Assembly: GCA_030428205.1 (NCBI GenBank)
Contig: JAUIBK010000001.1
Coordinates: 199,966-263,965 of the forward strand
Length of the DNA stretch: 64,000 nt
Origin: a bacterium
GTDB taxonomy: Bacteria; Bdellovibrionota_C; UBA2361; RFPC01
Direction of reading: 5' to 3'
Shown: one piece after another, positions 1 through 12,900 of the stretch
Numbering within the stretch: position 1 is the stretch's first letter
Layout: each line of letters opens with the position of its first letter
Program-made: the position numbers and the translations under genes
Notes under the pieces: model-generated
What the model was told of the DNA's origin: nothing
Databases searched by the model: none
Seen by the model: the letters and a program-made list of their open reading frames with translations, nothing else

Positions 1-265
1 ATTTGCTGCGCAAATGAAGGGATTCGCAGTATTGTTTTGAAGGTTCGAATCCTGCTCCCCGCAGGGCTAAAGTTTTCCGGATAACAAAAGGATCAACCGG
101 CCCGGAGCGGCGAGCGCGAAAAACTGGTGGGAGCAGGATTTCTTTTGCGTTGCAAAAGAAAAGGATTCGCAGAGTTTCTGGATGTTCGAATCCTGCTCCC
201 CGTAGGGCCAAAGCTTTCCGGCCTCCCGATGAAAATAACCGGGCCGGAGTGCCGAACGCGAAAAC
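1..265 (-). repeat. tRNA-Tyr-linked tandem repeat, 141-bp period (one full unit 125-265 plus a partial unit running off the window start)
   Basis: TGGTGGGAGCAGGATT occurs at 125 and 266 (tRNA 3' end). GTTCGAATCCTGCTCCCC occurs at 43 and 184. Both pairs are offset by 141 nt. Confidence 0.85.
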
Positions 266-344
266 TGGTGGGAGCAGGATTCGAACCTGCGTACGCTTAC
301 GCGAGCAGATTTACAGTCTGCCTCCTTTAGCCACTCGGACATCC

Positions 345-348
<4 letters not shown>
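266..348 (-). tRNA. tRNA-Tyr (GTA), CCA not encoded
   Basis: Reverse complement GGTGGGATGTCCGAGTGG...GCAGACTGTAAATCTGC...GGTTCGAATCCTGCTCCCACCA; cloverleaf with long variable arm. Confidence 0.97.
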
Positions 349-628
<280 letters not shown>

Positions 629-702
629 TCGGAGATTTTTTGGCTATATTTTCTTGTTTGCAGTTTCGTATCATTCAGTCGTAAAGACTCAAACGAAACG
701 TA

Positions 703-775
703 AGCTGGCAGAGGGACTTGAACCCACAACCTACTGATTACAAATCAGTTGCTCTACCAGTTGAGCTATGCCAGC
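703..775 (-). tRNA. tRNA-Thr (TGT), CCA not encoded
   Basis: Reverse complement GCTGGCATAGCTCAACTGGTAGAGC...GATTTGTAATC...GGTTCAAGTCCCTCTGCCAGCT. Confidence 0.97.
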
Positions 776-1244
776 ACTGAGCAATCAAGGTCTGAGATTA
801 TTACCCAAAAAGTACCCTGGTTTACAAGGGGGTGCGGGGAGAAATCTCGTAAAAAATATGTGCTGTCACTGTTTGCTCTTTGTGACGTGTTCTGCTACCT
901 TTCCACCCCACTGCGACAGAGCCTTGCCTACGTGTAGGGAAGTAGTCTGCCGAGTTCTTGTAAGTTCCTGGACTCGTGTGCTTTTTTCGTGAATGTAGTA
1001 AGCGACAAGCACGGTGTTAGACAGTCTCTGATTGGAGGAGCCGTTAGGCGAAAACGATAGAACTAGTTGATATTATTGATTAGTTTGTAAGGAGAGCCAC
1101 ATTGAAGAAGGAGTATAATCTTTCTTCATTTAGCTACTTTGTCGTTTTGCCCCGCCTTTTTCAGTCAATTCCTGCTTCCCCCGTTTTTGTTTCGCTACTT
1201 TCTGAAGAAGGAAGTGTTGTCCAGAACCTGTAGAGAGGAACCTT

Positions 1245-1451
1245 ATGGCGAGCAAAAAAGAAAAAGAATCGCATTCTGGTAAGGGCTTCTTGAATGAAAG
1301 CGTTGCTGAGCTCAAGAAAGTTTCTATCCCAACCAGAGCTGAAACGATTCAGGCAACGCTTGTCACACTTGTCATTATGACCTTTGTGGCGGTTTGCCTT
1401 ATGGTTCTCGATCTCATCTTTCGTACTTTGATGGATGCAGTGCTTGGCTAG
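1245..1451 (+). CDS. secE: Preprotein translocase subunit SecE
   Basis: ELKKVSIPTRAET motif, one TM helix, directly upstream of nusG. Confidence 0.95.
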   Translation: MASKKEKESHSGKGFLNESVAELKKVSIPTRAETIQATLVTLVIMTFVAVCLMVLDLIFRTLMDAVLG

Positions 1452-1516
1452 AGTGCCTGGTTAGATTGCTTAGAGAGTTCTCTTGTTTTATCGCAGTACT
1501 TTGAGCGTTAGTTGCT

Positions 1517-2557
1517 ATGACCGAAGAAGAAAATAAGATACAAGCCGCAGGTCAAACCGAAGAAGACGTTGCCACGGCACCGGCTTCTGTAAATGGTGAT
1601 GCCGCTGATAGTGATTCGTCGCACGCTTCTGCTGAAGTGGAGGCTGCAAGTGAACAAGCCTCATCGGATGCAGAAGAAGGCGATGCCGAAAAATCAACGG
1701 CTGGCACGATCGATCTTGCGGGTCTTGCTGAGAAAGCTGCTGAGAGCCAAAAGAAAGAAGATGTTGCGGTTGCGTTTGACCCGTTTACTGGAGAGGGTTC
1801 AAGAGACGCGGTTCGTGCTGATGAAGTTATTACTCGTTTCGATCCTAATGCGCTTGGAGAAGTCATTGAAGAGGATGAGCCTGAGCAAGTCGAAGCGAAG
1901 GAAGCGCCAGAGGCCACCGAAGAGGCAGCTGAGCAGGAAGATGAAACTGCAGCTGAAGAAGCGCAGCTTTCAGAAGAGCAAGAAGCTGCGGAAGAAGTTG
2001 AGCCCGAGCCTGAAAAAGAAGTTCACCCCGATGCTAAATGGTACGTTGTAAACGCCTACTCTGGATTTGAGTTAAAGGCGAAACGTTCACTCGAAGAGCG
2101 AATCCGTAATCACGAAATGGAAGAGCTCTTTGGTGAAGTGCGTGTTCCTGAAGAGACAGTTGTTGAGCTTGTTCGTGGTCAGAAGAAAACATCTACCCGC
2201 AAGTTCTTTCCGGGCTACATGCTTGTTCAGATGGTGATGAACCAGGACACTTGGCACCTTGTCAAAGAGACGCCAAAGATTACTGGCTTTATCGGAGACG
2301 AGTCTGACCCAGCACCACTTGGCCCTGATGAAGTTGCGCGTATCCTCCAGCAGGTAGAAGAGGGTGCTTCCTCGCCGAAGGCGAAGATGAGTTTTGAAGA
2401 AGGAGAGACGGTCAAAGTTATCGATGGTCCGTTCTCTGATTTTAACGGGACAGTAGAAGAGGTGAAGCCGGAGAAAGGCAAGCTCAAGGTGCTTATCAGC
2501 ATCTTTGGACGTGCAACTCCAGTGGAGCTCGATTTCATTCAAGTGGAGAAGTCTTAA
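1517..2557 (+). CDS. nusG: Transcription factor NusG with ~170-aa acidic N-terminal extension
   Basis: [24 protein letters not shown] domain [12 protein letters not shown]-like motif. Confidence 0.96.
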   Translation: MTEEENKIQAAGQTEEDVATAPASVNGDAADSDSSHASAEVEAASEQASSDAEEGDAEKSTAGTIDLAGLAEKAAESQKKEDVAVAFDPFTGEGSRDAVRADEVITRFDPNALGEVIEEDEPEQVEAKEAPEATEEAAEQEDETAAEEAQLSEEQEAAEEVEPEPEKEVHPDAKWYVVNAYSGFELKAKRSLEERIRNHEMEELFGEVRVPEETVVELVRGQKKTSTRKFFPGYMLVQMVMNQDTWHLVKETPKITGFIGDESDPAPLGPDEVARILQQVEEGASSPKAKMSFEEGETVKVIDGPFSDFNGTVEEVKPEKGKLKVLISIFGRATPVELDFIQVEKS

Positions 2558-2558
2558 G

Positions 2559-2984
2559 ATGGCAAAAGAAGTAATGTCAGAAGTAAAGCTTCAGATCCCT
2601 GCTGGGCAGGCTAACCCTGCTCCGCCAATTGGCCCAGTGCTTGGCCAACACGGCGTTAACATCATGGATTTCTGTAAGCAATTCAATGCGCGTACACAGA
2701 AGAACAACGGCGAAGTCACACCGGTTATTCTTACGGTGTATAAGGATCGTTCGTTTAGTTTTATCTGCAAGGTGCCGCCGGTATCTTACCTCTTAAAGCA
2801 AGCGGCAAAGATCAAAAAAGGCTCCGGTGAGCCAAATACAAACAAGGTGGCTAAGATCACCAAAGCCCAGGTTCTCGAAATCGCTCAGAAGAAAATGCCA
2901 GACCTCAATGCTGCCAGCGAGGAAGCGGCATGCCGTATCGTTATGGGAACGGCGCGAAGTATGGGAATTGAGATTAGAGAGTAG
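2559..2984 (+). CDS. rplK: 50S ribosomal protein L11
   Basis: [31 protein letters not shown]; start moved to the ATG after the nusG stop. Confidence 0.98.
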   Translation: MAKEVMSEVKLQIPAGQANPAPPIGPVLGQHGVNIMDFCKQFNARTQKNNGEVTPVILTVYKDRSFSFICKVPPVSYLLKQAAKIKKGSGEPNTNKVAKITKAQVLEIAQKKMPDLNAASEEAACRIVMGTARSMGIEIRE

Positions 2985-3105
2985 GGATTATTTTTTGAGT
3001 GTCCCTTAGGGGGCATCAAGTGCTGTATGAGTGCGCAGCGCTTACCAAGAAGCCTCTTTCTTCAAGAATGATTGGCTGAGTAAGCGTTGTACCATGGAGA
3101 GTATG

Positions 3106-3792
3106 ATGGCAAAGAAAAGAATGAAAGCTCAGAGAGAGAAGGTAGACGCAAGTAAGACCTACGCGCTCTCTGAAGCGTGTCAAGTTGTCGTTGACACTGC
3201 CTCAGCGAAGTTCGACGAGACGGTAGATCTTGCTGTGAAGCTTGGAGTTGACCCACGTAAATCTGACCAGAATGTTCGTGGGAGTGTCTCGCTGCCACAC
3301 GGGCTTGGGAAAGAAGTTCGCGTCGTTGTTTTCGCTAAGGGCGAGAAGGCGAAAGAGGCCGAAGCTGCTGGAGCGGATCTCGTTGGCGCTGAGGATCTTG
3401 TTGAAAAGATCCAAGGTGGTTTCATGGATTTCGATAGCGTTGTCGCTACTCCAGACATGATGGCTCATGTCGGAAAGATCGGTAAGATCCTCGGACCCCG
3501 TGGTTTGATGCCATCTCCAAAAGTTGGAACGGTAACGTTTGATGTTGGTGACGCGGTTACAAGCATTAAAGCTGGTCGCGCTGAGTTTCGTGTAGAAAAA
3601 GCTGGTATTATTCATGCGCCAGTTGGCAAAGCTTCTTTTGGAGCTGATAAGCTCGAAGAGAACACCAATGCTCTTATTCAAGCACTAAACAAACTAAAGC
3701 CATCAACAAGCAAAGGGTTCTTTCTCAAAGCAGCTTATATGTCTGCAACGATGGGGCCGTCTGTAAAAATTGATGTTACTCCGCTTCGATAG
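3106..3792 (+). CDS. rplA: 50S ribosomal protein L1
   Basis: [32 protein letters not shown]; start placed after GGAG. Confidence 0.98.
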   Translation: MAKKRMKAQREKVDASKTYALSEACQVVVDTASAKFDETVDLAVKLGVDPRKSDQNVRGSVSLPHGLGKEVRVVVFAKGEKAKEAEAAGADLVGAEDLVEKIQGGFMDFDSVVATPDMMAHVGKIGKILGPRGLMPSPKVGTVTFDVGDAVTSIKAGRAEFRVEKAGIIHAPVGKASFGADKLEENTNALIQALNKLKPSTSKGFFLKAAYMSATMGPSVKIDVTPLR

Positions 3793-3830
3793 TGAGCTGA
3801 GTAAGTGAGGGAGAGATAAGGAGTTACATC

Positions 3831-4382
3831 ATGGCAATGACACGAACTGAAAAGAATAACGAAATTGATAAGCTGGCTGAGATCCTTTCGGGATCTGGCT
3901 CAGCGCTCTGTGTTGACTACCGTGGTCTTACCGCTGAAGAGATGGGAACTCTCAGAAGAGAGCTGCGTGGAAGTGGAGCACAGGGGTTAGTTGTAAAAAA
4001 CACTCTCGCAAAGCTCTCTATTGAGAAAGCTTTTGCAGAAGCTGCTGAAGAAGAGCGTGCAAAGCTCACTGAGATACTACAAGGCCCAAGCTTTGTTGTA
4101 TGCACAGGTGAAGATGCTGCTTCTCCAGCGAAAGTCCTTACCAAGTTTGCTAAGGACCACGATGATCTCGAGTTGAAGGGCGGTTGGTTTGAAGGTGGTT
4201 TCATTGATGTCAATGGCATCAAAGACCTCTCGAACTTGCCTAGCCGTGAAGAGCTTTACGCGAAACTATTGAGCTTGCTCCAAGCACCTGCGACCAAGTT
4301 GGTTCAGATGCTCAATGCGCCTGCTTCGAAAGTTGCCCAGACGTTGGAAGCTCATCGTGTAAACCTCGAGAAAGGGGAGTAA
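3831..4382 (+). CDS. rplJ: 50S ribosomal protein L10
   Basis: DYRGLT, VVKNTL, LPSREEL motifs; synteny. Confidence 0.96.
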   Translation: MAMTRTEKNNEIDKLAEILSGSGSALCVDYRGLTAEEMGTLRRELRGSGAQGLVVKNTLAKLSIEKAFAEAAEEERAKLTEILQGPSFVVCTGEDAASPAKVLTKFAKDHDDLELKGGWFEGGFIDVNGIKDLSNLPSREELYAKLLSLLQAPATKLVQMLNAPASKVAQTLEAHRVNLEKGE

Positions 4383-4512
4383 CCCGTTTTCTTTTGCTTG
4401 TACAAGAGCCTGTGAGCAAAGGAAGTATTTTTGATTTTTGGCTTTTTTCTTCTCTTTTTAATCATGAATGTTCGTGAGGAAGAGAGGAGGCGAAAATAAA
4501 GGAGTGATAAAA

Positions 4513-4896
4513 ATGAGCGTCTCTTATGAACAAGTGATTGAGTTCATTAAAGAAATGTCCCTCATGGACGCAGCAAAGATGGTTAAGGATCTCGAAGACG
4601 AGCTCGGCGTAACAGCAGCTGCCCCAATGGCAATGGTTGCTGGTGGTGCTGTAGCTGGTGGTGGCGCTGAAGCTGCTGAAGAGAAGACTGAGTTCGACCT
4701 CAGCCTTGACGATGCTGGTTCTGAGCGTGTGAAGGTCATTAAAGTGGTTCGTGGAATCACTGGTCTTGGACTCAAGGAAGCAAAAGACATTGTTGACTCA
4801 GCTCCAAAAGTTCTCAAAGAGGGAATCTCTAAGGACGAAGCTGAGGAATACAAGAAGCAGCTTGAAGAAGTTGGAGCGAAGGCTACTCTCAAGTAG
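4513..4896 (+). CDS. rplL: 50S ribosomal protein L7/L12
   Basis: [16 protein letters not shown]; start at MSVSYEQ after GGAG. Confidence 0.98.
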   Translation: MSVSYEQVIEFIKEMSLMDAAKMVKDLEDELGVTAAAPMAMVAGGAVAGGGAEAAEEKTEFDLSLDDAGSERVKVIKVVRGITGLGLKEAKDIVDSAPKVLKEGISKDEAEEYKKQLEEVGAKATLK

Positions 4897-5379
4897 AGTG
4901 TCTTTGTGCTACTTAGCTTTGGCTAAGTGCTTTTGGCCTGTCATTTCGGCTAGTTACTTACGCGTAAGCGCAGTTTAGTTGAGGTGGCGGGCCTTAGTCT
5001 TCCTTCATTCCTCTCTGAGTGTAGCCGTCCTTTGCTTAGGATTCTGCAGCTGTAGAGGGAAAAAGGAAGCGAGTTGTTCTTCTGGTTTTGGGTGATGGAT
5101 CTGGTGGCCTGATTGGTCTAGCAGATTGGTCTAGCAGACGGTCTAACCTAGTTTCTTTGCCCAAAGTGTTGCCAGGAATATGTTTTTAAGCTTATAAATA
5201 GGGCGCGTGGCTTTAACTACCTGTTCCTAATATACAAAGTTCCCCTTTACGGGATCGCGTAATGGTTCTTACGGAAAAAAATTTCGTCAGTACCAGCGAT
5301 AACCCGAAGGGGTTGTTGTGCTTCGGTTTTCGTAAACATACCTAACCACATTTATAACGCATTCGACAAGAAAGAAGTT

Positions 5380-8300
5380 ATGGCAAGAAAAATCAAGAGT
5401 AACCTTCGTCTCCGCCGCAACTATTCAAAAATTGAAGAGGTTGCAGAGATTCCCCATCTCGTTGCCATTCAAAAAGAATCATACGAGCGTTTTCTCCAAG
5501 CCGATGTTGAGCCAGAAAAGCGAGAAGAGATCGGCCTCGAAAAAGTTTTCAAATCTGTTTTTCCTATTTCAGATTACAACAACACTTCCACTCTAGAGTA
5601 CGTTTCGTACACGCTCGGTAAGCCGAAGTATGACGTAGATGAGTGTCGTGATCGTGGCATGACTTGGGCAGCGCCCCTTCGTGTAACGATTCAACTTGTT
5701 CTCTGGGATGTTGATCCTGACAGTGGCGCGCGAACATTGAGTGCACTGAAAGAAGACGTTGTGTATTTTGGTGAAATCCCTTTGATGACAGAGAAGGGAA
5801 CGTTCCTTATTAACGGAACAGAGCGTGTTATCGTGAGCCAACTTCACCGTTCTCCAGGTGTCTTCTTTGCGCATGATGACGGAAAGAGCCACGTTTCCGG
5901 GAAGCTTCTCTATAGCGCCCGTGTGATTCCTTACCGTGGCTCATGGATCGATCTTGAATTTGATATTAAAGACATTTTACACGTTCGTATCGACCGTCGC
6001 CGTAAGCTTAACGTAACGGTTCTGCTCCGTGCGCTTGGGTATGGCAGCGATGACATCCTTGAGATGTTCTACAATACGGACACTATTAACTTCGGTAAGC
6101 GAGGGCTGGTAACAAAGGAATTTGTTGCCTCTCAGCTCGAAGGACAAAAAGCCTATAAAGAGATTAAGTCCGGCTCAAAAGTCCTCTGTAAAAAGTCTGG
6201 TAAGTTTAACCGTGCTGTTATCCGCCGCATGAAAGAGGCGGGAATTACAAACATCGAAATCGATCCTGAATCACTCTCAGGAATGGTTGTTGCCGATACC
6301 GTTCTTCAAGCTGAAGAGGATGTTGTTCACCCTGAAACCGGTGAGATTATCGCCGACTCTGGTGAGCTTCTGATTGGCTGGGATGTGATTAAAGAGCGGT
6401 TTGGTGAAATCGTTGAAAACTTCCCCGAAGACAAAATTCGTGAACTCTTCGAAGATGTCGAAGTTCTGATCTACGCTGGTGAAGAACTCACACCTGATAA
6501 GGTAAACGCTAAAGGCGAAGTGGTTGAGCAGGGAACACTCTCTCTTCTTCAAAGCCAAGGTGTTGAACATCTCCGTGTGCTTTATCTTGAAGATAATCAC
6601 ATTGGCGACGCTCTTCTGAAGACTCTCCTCACTGATAAGATGGATCCTGAGCGTGAAGACATTTACGCGCGTCTTGCAGGCTTTCCAACAACAGAGAGCT
6701 TGATAGAGATTTACCGTCGCCTTCGACCAGGAGATCCACCACGTCCTGAAACAGCGGCAGCTACATTTAAGAACCTCTTCTTTAATGCAGACCGATACGA
6801 TCTCTCTGATATCGGCCGCTATAAGATGAATCACAAGCTGTACGTCTCTCAAGGAAAAGAGGCGCCTTCCCTTGAGCAAGGGGTGCTTTCTGAGGGGGAT
6901 ATCGTCGAAACCGTTCGCTACCTCCTTAACCTCCGTAACGGAACAGATCCTGTTCGATACTCTATTGATGATATCGATCACCTCGGTAACCGTCGTGTGC
7001 GTGCTGTTGGTGAGCTGATTGAGAACCAATTCCGAATCGGTCTCGTTCGTATGGAGCGTGCTGTTAAAGAGCGTATGGGGATGCAAGATGTCGAAACGCT
7101 TGTTCCACAAGACCTTATTAACTACAAGCCGGTTGCTGCCGTCGTGAAAGAGTTCTACGGCTCGTCGCAACTTTCTCAGTTTATGGATCAAACCAACCCT
7201 CTCTCAGAGATCACGCACAAGCGTCGTCTCTCTGCGCTTGGGCCTGGAGGTTTGACCCGTGATCGTGCTGGTTTTGAGGTACGTGACGTTAACCCAACTC
7301 ACTACGGTCGTATCTGTCCGATTGAAACTCCTGAAGGACCAAACATCGGTCTTATTTCCTCGCTTGCTGTGTATGCGCGTGTGAACGAGTTTGGGTTTCT
7401 TGAGACTCCTTACCGTGTCATCGATAACGATAGCAAAGTAACAGGTGATGTTGTTTACCTCTCAGCACTTGAAGAAGAACAAGAGACCATTGCTCAAGCG
7501 AGTGCTGAAGTAGCTGATGATCAATCGTTTGCCTCAAATGCTATCTCAGCTCGTGCGAAGGGAGAATATATCTTGGCTGCTCCAGACGGGGTTACCAAAA
7601 TGGACGTCAGCCCGAAGCAGATTGTGTCTGTTGCTGCTGCGCTGATTCCTTTCCTTGAGAATGATGATGCGAACCGTGCCCTGATGGGATCGAACATGCA
7701 ACGCCAAGCTGTTCCGTGTCTCCGTACACAAGCTCCGCTTGTTGGAACGGGAATGGAGCAAACTGTTGCTCGTGATTCTGGAGCCACGGTCGTTACGAAG
7801 CGTTCTGGTAAGGTCGTTTCAGTTGATTCAGAGCGTATCGTTGTTCGTGCTGATAAGACGACGGACGATCCTCTCGATACCGGTGTTGATATTTACAACC
7901 TCGTTAAATACCGACGTTCAAACCAAGATACGTGTATTAACCAACGGCCTATTATCGCTCCTGGTGAAAAAGTCACTGCTGGAGAGATCATCGCCGATGG
8001 ACCTAGCACGGAGATGGGTGAACTTGCTCTCGGTCAAAATGTTGTTGTCGCCTTTATGCCGTGGCACGGATACAACTTTGAGGATTCGATTCTCATCAAC
8101 GAAAACTTGGTGAAAAACGATATCTTCACCTCTATCCACGTTGAGTCTTTCGAGGCTGTTGCTCGTGATACGAAGCTCGGAAAAGAAGAGATTACACGTG
8201 ATATTCCAAACATCGGTGAAGACGCACTAAGCGATCTCGATGAGTCTGGAATTATCCGCATCGGTGCGGAGGTGAGCCCTGGTGACATTCTCGTTGGAAA

Positions 8301-9858
8301 AATTACTCCAAAGAGTGAAACCCAGCTCAGCCCTGAAGAAAAACTCCTCCGTGCAATCTTCGGTGAAAAAGCTGGAGAGGTGCGCGACACCTCACTCAAG
8401 CTCCCTCCGGGTGTTGAAGGAACGGTTATCGCAACTCAAGTTTTCTCACGTAAAGGAACGGAGAAAGATGAGCGTGCGATGCAAATCGAGAAGCGTAATC
8501 TCGCTCGACTCGAGCAGGACTACCGCGATGAGATCTTCATCATTCGTGACGCAGCATTTAAAGAAGTCAATGAGCTTCTTGGTGGGAAGCAAACTTCTGC
8601 TCGACTCGTTGACGAGAATCGTTCAGAGCTTATCGCGAAAGGTGCATCACTCACCTTAGAAATGCTCAAAGATGTTCCATTTGAATATCTCCGAGATATC
8701 CAAATCGGTGACGAGACAGTGCAAGAACGTGTAAATCAGATCGTTGTTCGAACTGGCCAGCTTATGAACAGTAAGCGTGCTGTGCTCAATGAAAAGATTA
8801 ACCGCCTCAAAGAGGGTGACGAACTTGCTCCTGGTGTCATTAAGATGGTTAAGGTCTTTGTCGCCATTAAGCGTAAGATTCAGGTGGGTGATAAGCTCGC
8901 TGGACGCCACGGAAACAAAGGTGTTCTTTCTAAGATCGTCCCACAAGAAGATATGCCATATCTTCCTGACGGAACTCCGGTTGACATCGTGTTGAACCCA
9001 CTTGGGGTACCTTCACGTATGAACATCGGACAGATCCTTGAGACTCACCTCGGTTGGGCCGCGCACAATATCGGAAAAGTGGTTCGTGAGCGTCTCGATA
9101 CAGTTATCGATCCAATGACTGGAGCTGCCAGAAAAGGAAGCACTGCGGATGAGCGCAAAGAAGTAGCGCAATTCCTCCGTGGCCTCTTTACACAAGCTCT
9201 TGCTGAGCCTGAAAAGATTGCTTTCATCGAAAAGCTCTCTGAAGACGGCCTGATCGAGTTTGCTCGTCGTGAGATGGACGGAGTTCACTTTGCTACTCCA
9301 GTTTTTGACGCAGCGAGTGAAGGCGAAATTGAGCAGATGCTTGAGCTCTGTGGTCAAGAAGCGAGTGGTCAGGTGGATCTCATTGATGGTCGTACTGGCA
9401 AGCAGTTTGAAGAGAAGGTTACGGTTGGGGTGATGTATATCCTTAAGCTCAACCACCTTGTTGATGACAAGATTCACGCACGTTCGATTGGACCATACTC
9501 TCTTGTGACGCAACAACCACTCGGCGGTAAAGCGCAGTTTGGTGGTCAACGTCTCGGTGAGATGGAGGTGTGGGCGCTTGAAGCATACGGTGCTGCGTAC
9601 AGCCTCCAGGAATTCCTTACTGTCAAATCTGATGACGTAACAGGTCGTACGCGTATGTACGAGTCGATCGTCAAAGGAGAGCACGTGCTTGAGCCAGGTC
9701 TTCCTGAGTCCTTTAACGTTATGGTCAAAGAGCTTCAAGCTCTCGGGCTTGATGTTGAGCTCGTTGAAGAACGAGATGAAGAGGACGAAGAGGACGGTGA
9801 ACTTACAGAGCCTGTCCCAACCGTTATCGGTGGCGACGGTGCAGCGAGTGCTTCGTAA
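5380..9858 (+). CDS. rpoB: DNA-directed RNA polymerase subunit beta
   Basis: [42 protein letters not shown]. Confidence 0.99.
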   Translation: MARKIKSNLRLRRNYSKIEEVAEIPHLVAIQKESYERFLQADVEPEKREEIGLEKVFKSVFPISDYNNTSTLEYVSYTLGKPKYDVDECRDRGMTWAAPLRVTIQLVLWDVDPDSGARTLSALKEDVVYFGEIPLMTEKGTFLINGTERVIVSQLHRSPGVFFAHDDGKSHVSGKLLYSARVIPYRGSWIDLEFDIKDILHVRIDRRRKLNVTVLLRALGYGSDDILEMFYNTDTINFGKRGLVTKEFVASQLEGQKAYKEIKSGSKVLCKKSGKFNRAVIRRMKEAGITNIEIDPESLSGMVVADTVLQAEEDVVHPETGEIIADSGELLIGWDVIKERFGEIVENFPEDKIRELFEDVEVLIYAGEELTPDKVNAKGEVVEQGTLSLLQSQGVEHLRVLYLEDNHIGDALLKTLLTDKMDPEREDIYARLAGFPTTESLIEIYRRLRPGDPPRPETAAATFKNLFFNADRYDLSDIGRYKMNHKLYVSQGKEAPSLEQGVLSEGDIVETVRYLLNLRNGTDPVRYSIDDIDHLGNRRVRAVGELIENQFRIGLVRMERAVKERMGMQDVETLVPQDLINYKPVAAVVKEFYGSSQLSQFMDQTNPLSEITHKRRLSALGPGGLTRDRAGFEVRDVNPTHYGRICPIETPEGPNIGLISSLAVYARVNEFGFLETPYRVIDNDSKVTGDVVYLSALEEEQETIAQASAEVADDQSFASNAISARAKGEYILAAPDGVTKMDVSPKQIVSVAAALIPFLENDDANRALMGSNMQRQAVPCLRTQAPLVGTGMEQTVARDSGATVVTKRSGKVVSVDSERIVVRADKTTDDPLDTGVDIYNLVKYRRSNQDTCINQRPIIAPGEKVTAGEIIADGPSTEMGELALGQNVVVAFMPWHGYNFEDSILINENLVKNDIFTSIHVESFEAVARDTKLGKEEITRDIPNIGEDALSDLDESGIIRIGAEVSPGDILVGKITPKSETQLSPEEKLLRAIFGEKAGEVRDTSLKLPPGVEGTVIATQVFSRKGTEKDERAMQIEKRNLARLEQDYRDEIFIIRDAAFKEVNELLGGKQTSARLVDENRSELIAKGASLTLEMLKDVPFEYLRDIQIGDETVQERVNQIVVRTGQLMNSKRAVLNEKINRLKEGDELAPGVIKMVKVFVAIKRKIQVGDKLAGRHGNKGVLSKIVPQEDMPYLPDGTPVDIVLNPLGVPSRMNIGQILETHLGWAAHNIGKVVRERLDTVIDPMTGAARKGSTADERKEVAQFLRGLFTQALAEPEKIAFIEKLSEDGLIEFARREMDGVHFATPVFDAASEGEIEQMLELCGQEASGQVDLIDGRTGKQFEEKVTVGVMYILKLNHLVDDKIHARSIGPYSLVTQQPLGGKAQFGGQRLGEMEVWALEAYGAAYSLQEFLTVKSDDVTGRTRMYESIVKGEHVLEPGLPESFNVMVKELQALGLDVELVEERDEEDEEDGELTEPVPTVIGGDGAASAS

Positions 9859-9943
9859 CTGAGTGTGTTGCGGGGGCTGTAGGGCCTCCGCTCGATTTTA
9901 AGTTTGTGATTCATTTTTAGATTATAACCAACGGAAAGGCACT

Positions 9944-12900
9944 ATGGACGACTTGTTCAGCTTGTTTGAGAAGCCAAAGAACCCAGTAAAATTCAACGCG
10001 CTGCGGATTGCTTTGGCGAGTCCCGAGAAGATTCGAAGCTGGTCTTTTGGTGAGGTAACAAAGCCTGAGACGATTAACTACCGAACACTCAAGCCAGAGC
10101 GCGACGGTCTTTTTTGCGCAAAGATCTTTGGGCCTATCAAGGACTATGAGTGTATCTGCGGAAAGTATAAGCGCCTTCGACACCGTGGTGTTGTCTGTGA
10201 GAAGTGTGGCGTTGAAGTTATACAATCAAAAGTTCGTCGTGAGCGAATCGGTCATATTGAGCTTGCGTGTCCAGTTGCACACATCTGGTTTCTCAAAAGC
10301 TTACCGAGTCGTATTGCTACTATTCTTGATATCACGCTCCGTGATCTTGAGAAGGTGCTCTACTTTGAGAGCTACATCGTTACCGATCCGGGTGATGCCG
10401 AAGACCTCTCATACGGAGAACTTCTCTCAGAGAAAGAGTACCGTACAGCACGAGAGGAGTACGGCACTGAGTTTGAAGCAGGTATGGGAGCAGACACTGT
10501 TCTTACGATGCTCAAAAATATAGAAGTTGAAACACTCTATGATCAACTTCGAGTAGATATTCTTGAAGCTACTTCTGAAGCAAAGCGCAAGAAGTACGCC
10601 AAGCGTCTCAAAGTTGTTTCTTCTTTTAAGAACAGTGACAACCGACCTGAGTGGATGATCCTTAGCGTTGTTCCCGTTATTCCTCCAGATCTCCGTCCAC
10701 TTGTTCCGCTTGATGGTGGACGATTTGCAACAAGTGATCTTAACGATCTCTACCGCCGCGTCATTAACCGTAACAACCGTCTCAAGCGTCTTATGGAGCT
10801 CAACGCTCCAGACATCATTATCCGAAACGAAAAGCGGATGCTCCAAGAGTCCGTTGATGCTCTGTTTGACAACGGTCGTCGTGGAAGAACAATTACGGGG
10901 CCAAACAAGCGCCCACTCAAGTCGCTCAGTGATATGCTGAAAGGAAAAGGTGGGCGTTTCCGTCAGAACCTCCTTGGAAAGCGTGTGGATTACTCTGGCC
11001 GTTCGGTTATCGTTGCTGGTCCAAGCCTTCGGCTTCATCAGTGTGGTCTCCCAAAGAAGATGGCTCTCGAACTCTTTAAGCCGTTTATCTACAACAAGCT
11101 CGAAGAGCGTGGTTATGTAACCACGATTAAGAGTGCGAAGAAGATGGTTGAAAAGAAGAAGTCCGTTGTTTGGGATATCCTCGATGAGGTTATTAAAGAG
11201 CACCCAGTGCTTCTTAACCGCGCACCGACCCTCCACCGTCTTGGTATTCAAGCTTTTGAGCCTCTTCTCGTTGAAGGAAAGGCGATTCAGCTTCATCCAC
11301 TTGTTTGTACAGCCTTTAACGCCGACTTTGACGGCGACCAAATGGCTGTTCACGTTCCTCTCTCTGTCGAAGCGCAGGTTGAGGCTCGTGTGCTTATGAT
11401 GTCAACAAACAACATCCTCAGCCCAGCTGACGGAAAGCCGATTATTGTACCATCTCAAGATATCGTTCTTGGGCTCTACTATATGACTCGTGAACGACCA
11501 TTTGCCAAAGGCGAAGATCGTATCATGAACGGCTTTGAGGAAGTGCACCTTGCTTGGGAAGCTGGAGAAGTTGATCTCCAAGCCAAGATCAAGTGTCGCA
11601 TGGACGGAGAGCTGTATGAGACAACTGTTGGTCGTGTCCTTCTTTATGGACTCACTCCAGACGATCTCCCGTTCTCATTTTTTAACAAAGTGATGAAGAA
11701 GAAGGAGATCTCTGCACTCATCGATTCTTGCTTCCGTATTGCCGGAAACAAGGCCACGGTGCTTCTCGCTGATAAGCTCAAAGACGTTGGATACCGTTTC
11801 GCGACAATCGCTGGCATCTCCATCGGTGTGAAAGACATGGCGATTCCCGATACGAAGGTTACGCTCCTGGCTGAAGCTGATGATAAGGTTGGTGAGATCG
11901 ATAACCAGTACCAAGAAGGCCTTATTACCGCTGGTGAGCGCTACAACAAAGTGATCGATATCTGGTCAGATGTTGGTGACCGCATTAGTGAAGATCTTAT
12001 GACGAATATCTCTACTCAAGAGTTCACGGATGGGGAAAACACCCGTCGTGGAGCTTCGTTTAACTCGATCTACATCATGGCTGACTCTGGTGCTCGGGGT
12101 TCCCAGCAGCAGATTCGTCAGCTCGGTGGAATGCGTGGTCTGATGGCGAAGCCGGATGGCTCCATTATTGAGCAGCCAATTAAGGCGAACTTACGTGAAG
12201 GACTCTCGGTTCTTCAGTACTTCGTATCTACCCACGGTGCTCGTAAAGGTCTCGCTGATACAGCTCTGAAAACTGCGAACTCTGGATATCTTACCCGTCG
12301 TCTTGTTGACGTGTCTCAAGATTGTATCGTCACTCTCAATGACTGTGAGACAACAGAGGGTGTTGAGATTACGGCTCTTGTAGAAGGTGGTGAAGAGATT
12401 GAACCACTTACAAACCGTATTCTCGGTCGTATCGCTGCTGATGATATACTTGATCCAATCACCAATGAGGTTCTTGTTCGTCGTAACGAAGAGATTGATG
12501 AAGATAAGTGTAACATCATCTCTGAGAGTGGTCTTGATTCCGTCATTATCCGTTCGCCACTTACATGTGAGAGCGAGCGCGGTATCTGCGTGAAGTGTTA
12601 CGGTCGTGACCTTGCTCGCGGACACGTTGTAAACGTTGGTGAGGCGGTCGGAGTTATCGCTGCGCAATCAATTGGTGAGCCGGGTACACAGCTTACGATG
12701 AGAACGTTCCACATCGGTGGTGCTGCTTCTGGTCGTGCTGAGCAAAGCTCACTTGAAGCTCGCTTCCCAGGGAAGGTCAAGCTTGAAGACGCACGACTTG
12801 CTGAAAAGCGCGATGGTTCCTTTGTCGTGATGAGCCGTAAGGCCCAGCTTGTTATCGTCGATCCATCTGATAACCGTGAGCGTGAGCGTCATCCTATTGT

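Noticed and set aside
1-265. CRISPR array or prophage att site
   Set aside because: The 141-bp period is mostly conserved sequence rather than repeat plus spacer, and no cas or integrase gene is visible. An att origin cannot be fully excluded at the window edge.
266-269. Encoded CCA on tRNA-Tyr
   Set aside because: The ACCA is the end of the acceptor stem (TCCCACC) plus the discriminator A
3793-3830. L10 leader upstream of rplJ
   Set aside because: The 38-nt gap is too short to hold it
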